64,000 bases of DNA from an uncultured delta proteobacterium (lineage in GTDB: Bacteria; Myxococcota_A; Polyangia; Polyangiales; Polyangiaceae). The notes under the pieces were generated by a model that saw only the letters and a list, made by a program, of their open reading frames with translations, was not told the DNA's origin and searched no databases. The stretch is from contig CAWKKR010000003.1 of the NCBI GenBank assembly GCA_963850305.1, positions 1 through 64,000 on the forward strand, written 5' to 3'. A program made the translations under genes and the position numbers. Below are positions 57,685-64,000 of the stretch, one piece after another (the first letter of the stretch is position 1; the number at the start of each line of letters is the position of its first letter).

Positions 57685-57690
57685 GGGTCC

Positions 57691-58440
57691 ATGCACATCT
57701 CCGGCTGGAACGTCGTTCTGGAGGTCATCAACTTCCTGATCCTGGCGTGGCTCCTCCAACGCTTCGTCTTCGTGCCGATACGGGGCGTCCTCGAGAAACG
57801 GCAGCAGGCGGTCGACGCTTCGCTGAAGCAAGCCGAAGGCAAGACGGCCGACGCGGAGCACCTTCTCGAGGAGTACCGAGCGAAGACGGCCGCCATCGCC
57901 GACGACGCGGCACGTGCACGTGACGACGCCCTCGCTGCCGCCCGACGCGAAGCGGAGGGCATCCACCAGGAGATGCTCGTGAAGGCGCAAGCGGAGCTCG
58001 AGCTCGCCAGGCGCGCGCTGCAGCAAGAAAGGGCGGATACTCTGCACGACCTCGAGGCGCGCGCCGCGGACCTGGCGACGTCGATCGCCGAACGCCTGCT
58101 TCATGGAACGCGCCCGGACTCCGACGCGCCGTACCTGTGGCAGGCGACGGCGAGCATCGATTCGCTGGATCCGGCGGCGAAGACGGCCCTGGCGAAGGAG
58201 CTCGTCGCTCGGGGCATCGAGACCGTCTCCTCGCGCCCGCTCGACGCGGCAACGCGCGAGCGGTTCGAACGGTGGCTGTCCACGCTCGCCGACGGTCCCG
58301 TTCGTCCCGTGTACGGCGTCGACGATGCGCTCATCGCAGGCGTCGAGTTGCGCGTGCCCACGGGCGTGTACCGGTCGCACCTCCGTGCTTCCCTGGACCG
58401 CGTTCGCGCGGAGCTGACGGGCCATGCCGCCGCTGCGTGA
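57691..58440 (+). CDS. atpF: Fo subunit b with delta-like extension (N-type)
   Basis: EVINFLILAWLLQRF...DDALIAGVELR. Confidence 0.9.
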   Translation: MHISGWNVVLEVINFLILAWLLQRFVFVPIRGVLEKRQQAVDASLKQAEGKTADAEHLLEEYRAKTAAIADDAARARDDALAAARREAEGIHQEMLVKAQAELELARRALQQERADTLHDLEARAADLATSIAERLLHGTRPDSDAPYLWQATASIDSLDPAAKTALAKELVARGIETVSSRPLDAATRERFERWLSTLADGPVRPVYGVDDALIAGVELRVPTGVYRSHLRASLDRVRAELTGHAAAA

Positions 58441-59962
58441 CGAGGTTTCCGGGTGGTTCGAGGGTGCCGCGCGCCGTGTCCGCGACGCCGATCTGCGTCC
58501 CGTGCACGAAGCGTTCGGGCGCGTCGTGAGCATCGCCGACGAGGTGGCCACCGTCGAGGGACTGCCCGACACGCGGCTGAACGAGATCCTCGAGTTCGAA
58601 AACGGGCTCTCGGGTATCGCGGTGCTCCTCGACGAGGCTACCATCGGCTGTTTGCTCCTCGGGCCCCAAGCCGGCATCCTGGCCGGATCGCGAGTGCGCG
58701 GCACCGGCACCGTCGTCCGCGTTCCGATCGGCGACGAGCTCCTCGGGCGCGTCGTCGATCCGCTCGGCGAACCGCTCGACGGCTTGCCGCGACCGTGCAC
58801 GACGCGACGCGCGCCGGTGGAGAAACCAGCGCCGGCCATCGTGGATCGAGCGCCCGTCACGGAGCCGCTCTTCACCGGAATCACGGCGATCGACGCGATG
58901 TTGCCGCTCGGACGCGGGCAGCGCGAGCTCATCATCGGCGATCACTCGACGGGAAAGACGGCGATCGCCGTCGATGCGATCATTCGCCAGAGGTCGACGG
59001 ACGTGGTGTGCGTGTACGCCGCCATCGGACGGCGATCCTCGTCGGTCGCGGCGACCATCCAGGCAATGCGGACGCTCGGGAGGGCGGATCGGACGATCTG
59101 TGTCGTGGCGTCGGGTGACGACGCCCCGGGTCTCCAGTGGCTCGCGCCGTACGCCGCCTGCACCATGGCGGAGTACTTCTCCGAGCGCGGCCAGGACGCG
59201 CTCCTCGTCCTGGACGATCTGACGAAGCACGCGGAGGTGCACCGGCAGATCGCGCTGCTCCTGAGAGAGCCGCCCGGCCGCGAGGCGTACCCGGGCGATG
59301 TCTTCTATCTTCACTCGCGGCTCCTCGAGCGCGCCGCGCGCCTGGTGCCGGAGCTCGGAGGCGGCTCACTCACCGTGCTACCGATTGCAGAGACGCAGGG
59401 CGGCAACCTGAGCTCGTACATCCCGACGAACCTCATCTCGATAACGGACGGCCAGATCTTCCTCGAGCCGCGCCTCTTCAACGAAGGCGTTCGTCCCGCG
59501 ATCGACATCGGCAAGAGCGTGTCGCGCGTCGGCGGACGGACGCAATCACAGGCGATGCGGAGCGTCGCGGACAGGCTTCGTCTCGACTATGCGCAGTTCC
59601 TCGAGCTCGAGCTGTTCACGCGGATCGAAGGCGCCGGCGACGAGTCGTCTCGGCGAGTGCTCGACCGGGGGCGCCGCGTGCGTGCCGCGCTCGTCCAGCC
59701 GTCCGGCGAGCCACTCACTCAGGGCGAGCAGATCCTCCTGCTCGCCGCACTCGAAGCCGGGGTTCTCGACGACGCGCCCGCCGACGCGGTCGCACCGATC
59801 CGGAGCAAGCTCCGGGCGGCGCTCGAACGCCGGGACGCGCGTCTCCTGGCGGACATCGACGCGGGGCGCGCACCGGCTGCCGGGGAGCGCGACGTCATGG
59901 TCGCGGTCGTGCGCGAGCTCGTCGCAAACGTCGTGAAAGGCCTGGGTCATGGAACCGAGTGA
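58424..59962 (+). CDS. atpA: F1 subunit alpha
   Basis: GRGQRELIIGD..TGKT, PPGREAYPGDVFY, ISITDGQI. Confidence 0.97.
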   Translation: MPPLRDEVSGWFEGAARRVRDADLRPVHEAFGRVVSIADEVATVEGLPDTRLNEILEFENGLSGIAVLLDEATIGCLLLGPQAGILAGSRVRGTGTVVRVPIGDELLGRVVDPLGEPLDGLPRPCTTRRAPVEKPAPAIVDRAPVTEPLFTGITAIDAMLPLGRGQRELIIGDHSTGKTAIAVDAIIRQRSTDVVCVYAAIGRRSSSVAATIQAMRTLGRADRTICVVASGDDAPGLQWLAPYAACTMAEYFSERGQDALLVLDDLTKHAEVHRQIALLLREPPGREAYPGDVFYLHSRLLERAARLVPELGGGSLTVLPIAETQGGNLSSYIPTNLISITDGQIFLEPRLFNEGVRPAIDIGKSVSRVGGRTQSQAMRSVADRLRLDYAQFLELELFTRIEGAGDESSRRVLDRGRRVRAALVQPSGEPLTQGEQILLLAALEAGVLDDAPADAVAPIRSKLRAALERRDARLLADIDAGRAPAAGERDVMVAVVRELVANVVKGLGHGTE

Positions 59963-60799
59963 TCTGGCCTCCCGGACGCACGTGATCGGGGAGCTCTCGA
60001 ACGTCGTTCAGGCCATGCGCACTCTCGCGAGCGCGCGGAGGCGCCAGGCTCAGGAGCGGCTCGCCGGGCTCGCACGCTACGCGGTCGCCGCCGAGCGGGC
60101 GCTCGAGGAGGCCCTCGCTCTCCTGGGCCCGGAAGCGCCGCGCGAGCCTTCCACGCCTTCCGACCGGCGGCGCGTCGTCGTGCTGTTCTCCGAGCACGGG
60201 TTCGTGGGCGCCTTGAACGATCGCTTGCTCGACCTCGCCCTGTCGCAGTCTCGCTCCCGCGCGGCAGAGCTGGTTGCCGCGGGCAATCGGGGGATGCGCC
60301 TCTGCCGCGAGCGGGGCGTCGGCGCGACGTTCGGCGGCTCGATGCCGACCACGCTCGGCGCGGTTCACGCGGTGGCGGAGAGATTGCTCGAGGACGTGCT
60401 CCTGGCCGTGACGGAAGGAGGCATCGGCGAGATCGATCTCGTCTTCGCCGAGCACAGGGCGCAGGTCGGGTGGGAGCCACGCACGTCGAAGCTGTTTCCA
60501 CCGGCGGTCATCGCGACACCCGGAGCCGCCGCGCGAAGAGCGCCGCTCCACACGCTGCCTCCGCGGACCCTCGTGCTCCACGCGATGGAGGAATACGCCT
60601 TCGCGCAGGTGAACTGGGCGGTGAGCGAGGCGTTCGCGACCGAGCAAGCGGCGCGGTTCGTCGCGATGGACGCCGCGCGCCGTCACATCGACGAGAAGCT
60701 CGACGAGCTCCGCGCGCTCGGACGGACCCTGCGCCAGGAAGCCATCACGAGCGAGATCCTGGAGATCGCCTCGGGCGCCCAGCTCGTCGGTGGGACGCC

Positions 60800-60803
<4 letters not shown>
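59949..60803 (+). CDS. atpG: F1 subunit gamma
   Basis: VVQAMRTLA, SEHGFVGALN, EQAARFVAM, RQEAITSEILEI. Confidence 0.93.
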
Positions 60804-62614
<1,811 letters not shown>

Positions 62615-62616
62615 CC

Positions 62617-62910
62617 GTGGCCGAGAACTCGCGGAAGCCTCGAGATCGCGACGCGGACCGGATGAGCCATAGCGTCGCGCGGTTCGGCGAACGGCGGCGA
62701 AAGTGGAGGGACGATGCGGGGCGCACCCTCCTCGCCGCGTTCAACCTGACGGGCATCGGATGGGTCGTCGTCGTGCCCACCGTCCTTGGCTTCGTGCTGG
62801 GTCACTACCTCGACGCCCGATTCTCTAGCGGCATCACGCTCGCCGCGGGCATGGGTTTCCTCGGGCTCGGCCTCGGGTGCTGGTCGGCGTGGCGGCGCAT
62901 CGAGCGATGA
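62617..62910 (+). CDS. atpQ: N-ATPase AtpQ (AtpZ/AtpI family)
   Basis: GIGWVVVVPTVLG..LG.YLD...GCWSAW. Confidence 0.85.
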   Translation: MAENSRKPRDRDADRMSHSVARFGERRRKWRDDAGRTLLAAFNLTGIGWVVVVPTVLGFVLGHYLDARFSSGITLAAGMGFLGLGLGCWSAWRRIER

Positions 62911-63071
62911 CCGACGAATGGCCGAGGCGTGTCGCCGCCGGGGGGGATCCTCAACCGAGACCGGAGGGAACCAATCAGGATGTTCGTGGCTCATCCGGAA
63001 TCGTGACACGGGGAGTCCACCCCGGGACTCCCCGCGTCACTTCGACCACATCGGACTCAATGCACGTTCGT

Positions 63072-63222
63072 CCTCGCGGTGGCCGGCTGGATCCACCGCA
63101 GTCAGCAGGACGTGATCGAGTACCTGGTGGTCGCCGAGTTCGTCGACCACTACCACCGAGAGCGCAACCCACCAGGGGCTCGGCAACGAGCTGATCGAGC
63201 CGAGCGGCTCGGGCCGTCATAC
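63072..63222 (+). mobile_element. Internally deleted fragment of the 19709-20912 IS family
   Basis: [17 protein letters not shown] joined directly to [22 protein letters not shown]. Confidence 0.75.
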
Positions 63223-63489
63223 CGTATGGTGCCGAAACTCGACCGAGCGCCTTCGGGCCGAAGTTGCAGGGTTTCGCACGGGTTCGGGGAGCGGCCATCA
63301 GCAGGTGGGATCGGCCGGAAGATGAACGCCATTCTGTTCCGGTTCTACTCTGGAATCTCGGCCACAATCTCGGGCGAAACACAATCCGGCGAATCCTCGT
63401 GGACGCGGGGCTTGAGCCCGCGCCGGAGCGTGGGAAGCGAACAAGCGAGGCCGCATGATTCCCGAGCGATCGAGTTTCGGCACACTACG
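63223..63489 (+). mobile_element. MITE-like 267-bp derivative of the 19709-20912 IS
   Basis: Both terminal repeats retained; transposase reduced to start, one internal segment and stop. Confidence 0.85.
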
Positions 63490-64000
63490 GGGCCCTGGGT
63501 GACGCTCCCATGAGCGACCAGGACCATCGGCTCGCGCTTCAGTGCGCGAAACGATTCGCGGGGACCGTGCCGAGCGTCAGCGCGTGGGGCGCTGGAGCCT
63601 CCGTGATGGTCATGTCATAATCGCACCGGCAGGAGTCCGCTGCCTTCTGCGCCGAGGGCACTGCGTCAGCGCCGGGTTCATGACTGGGCACCAGCGAAAG
63701 CGCCGCCGCGTGAAGCAGCAGGGACAGGACGAGTCCGACCTTCATCTCCGTCTTCCTCTCCAGGGCGTCGTACGTGACGCTACCGAACCAATCATGTGAC
63801 GAATGAGTGACTTTAGCAAGTTTGGAACCGATTTATCTTGCCTACATTGACCCTCTGAACGGGGGCGGCTCCCCTGAAGGCCCTCCGCTCGAACGGCAAC
63901 GCGGGGGGTTCGCCAGGGCGTCAACGACAGCCGCGTGACGACGGCCATGCCCACGGCAACCGAGTCCGGGGACCACGCCACCCCGGGCGGCGCGCATCGC

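Noticed and set aside
63539..63745. TonB-like N-terminal fragment (SLLLHAAAL)
   Set aside because: Only a signal-anchor motif, no recognisable domain

Overview
High-GC bacterial DNA, most likely a myxobacterium (Polyangiaceae-like, inferred from MYXO-CTERM and Cys-rich surface proteins, DUF2378 and a GAF-Ser/Thr kinase). Single-base frameshifts interrupt many otherwise intact genes (even atpD), which points to an uncorrected long-read assembly, so many 'breaks' are probably artefacts. Layout: (1) 0.1-5.5 kb, a DriD/PafBC-type WYL regulator with a readable local regulon. GAC-N7-GTC boxes sit at fixed spacing before a DnaA/Hda-like ATPase, a hypothetical + PD-(D/E)XK pair, a PcfJ protein and a small protein. 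(2) 7.5-9.0 kb, two divergent mini tRNA operons missed by the ORF track (Tyr, Lys-TTT, Lys-CTT, Asn; degenerate tRNA, Arg-GCG). Each has a leader peptide, an attenuator hairpin and a boxA-like element. (3) 10-21 kb, a toxin-antitoxin cluster, a tRNA-Val att junction read through by an Mx8-style integrase, an ISKra4-like IS with 9-bp TSD and an rve IS. (4) 21-27 kb, formamidase, transglutaminase-like protein and groESL. (5) 27.9-47.9 kb, large Cys-rich surface (lipo)proteins, a kinase and an esterase. (6) 48-56 kb, metabolic and regulatory genes. (7) 56.5-62.9 kb, a circularly permuted N-ATPase operon followed by IS remnants. All family calls come from motif recognition by eye; no searches were run.
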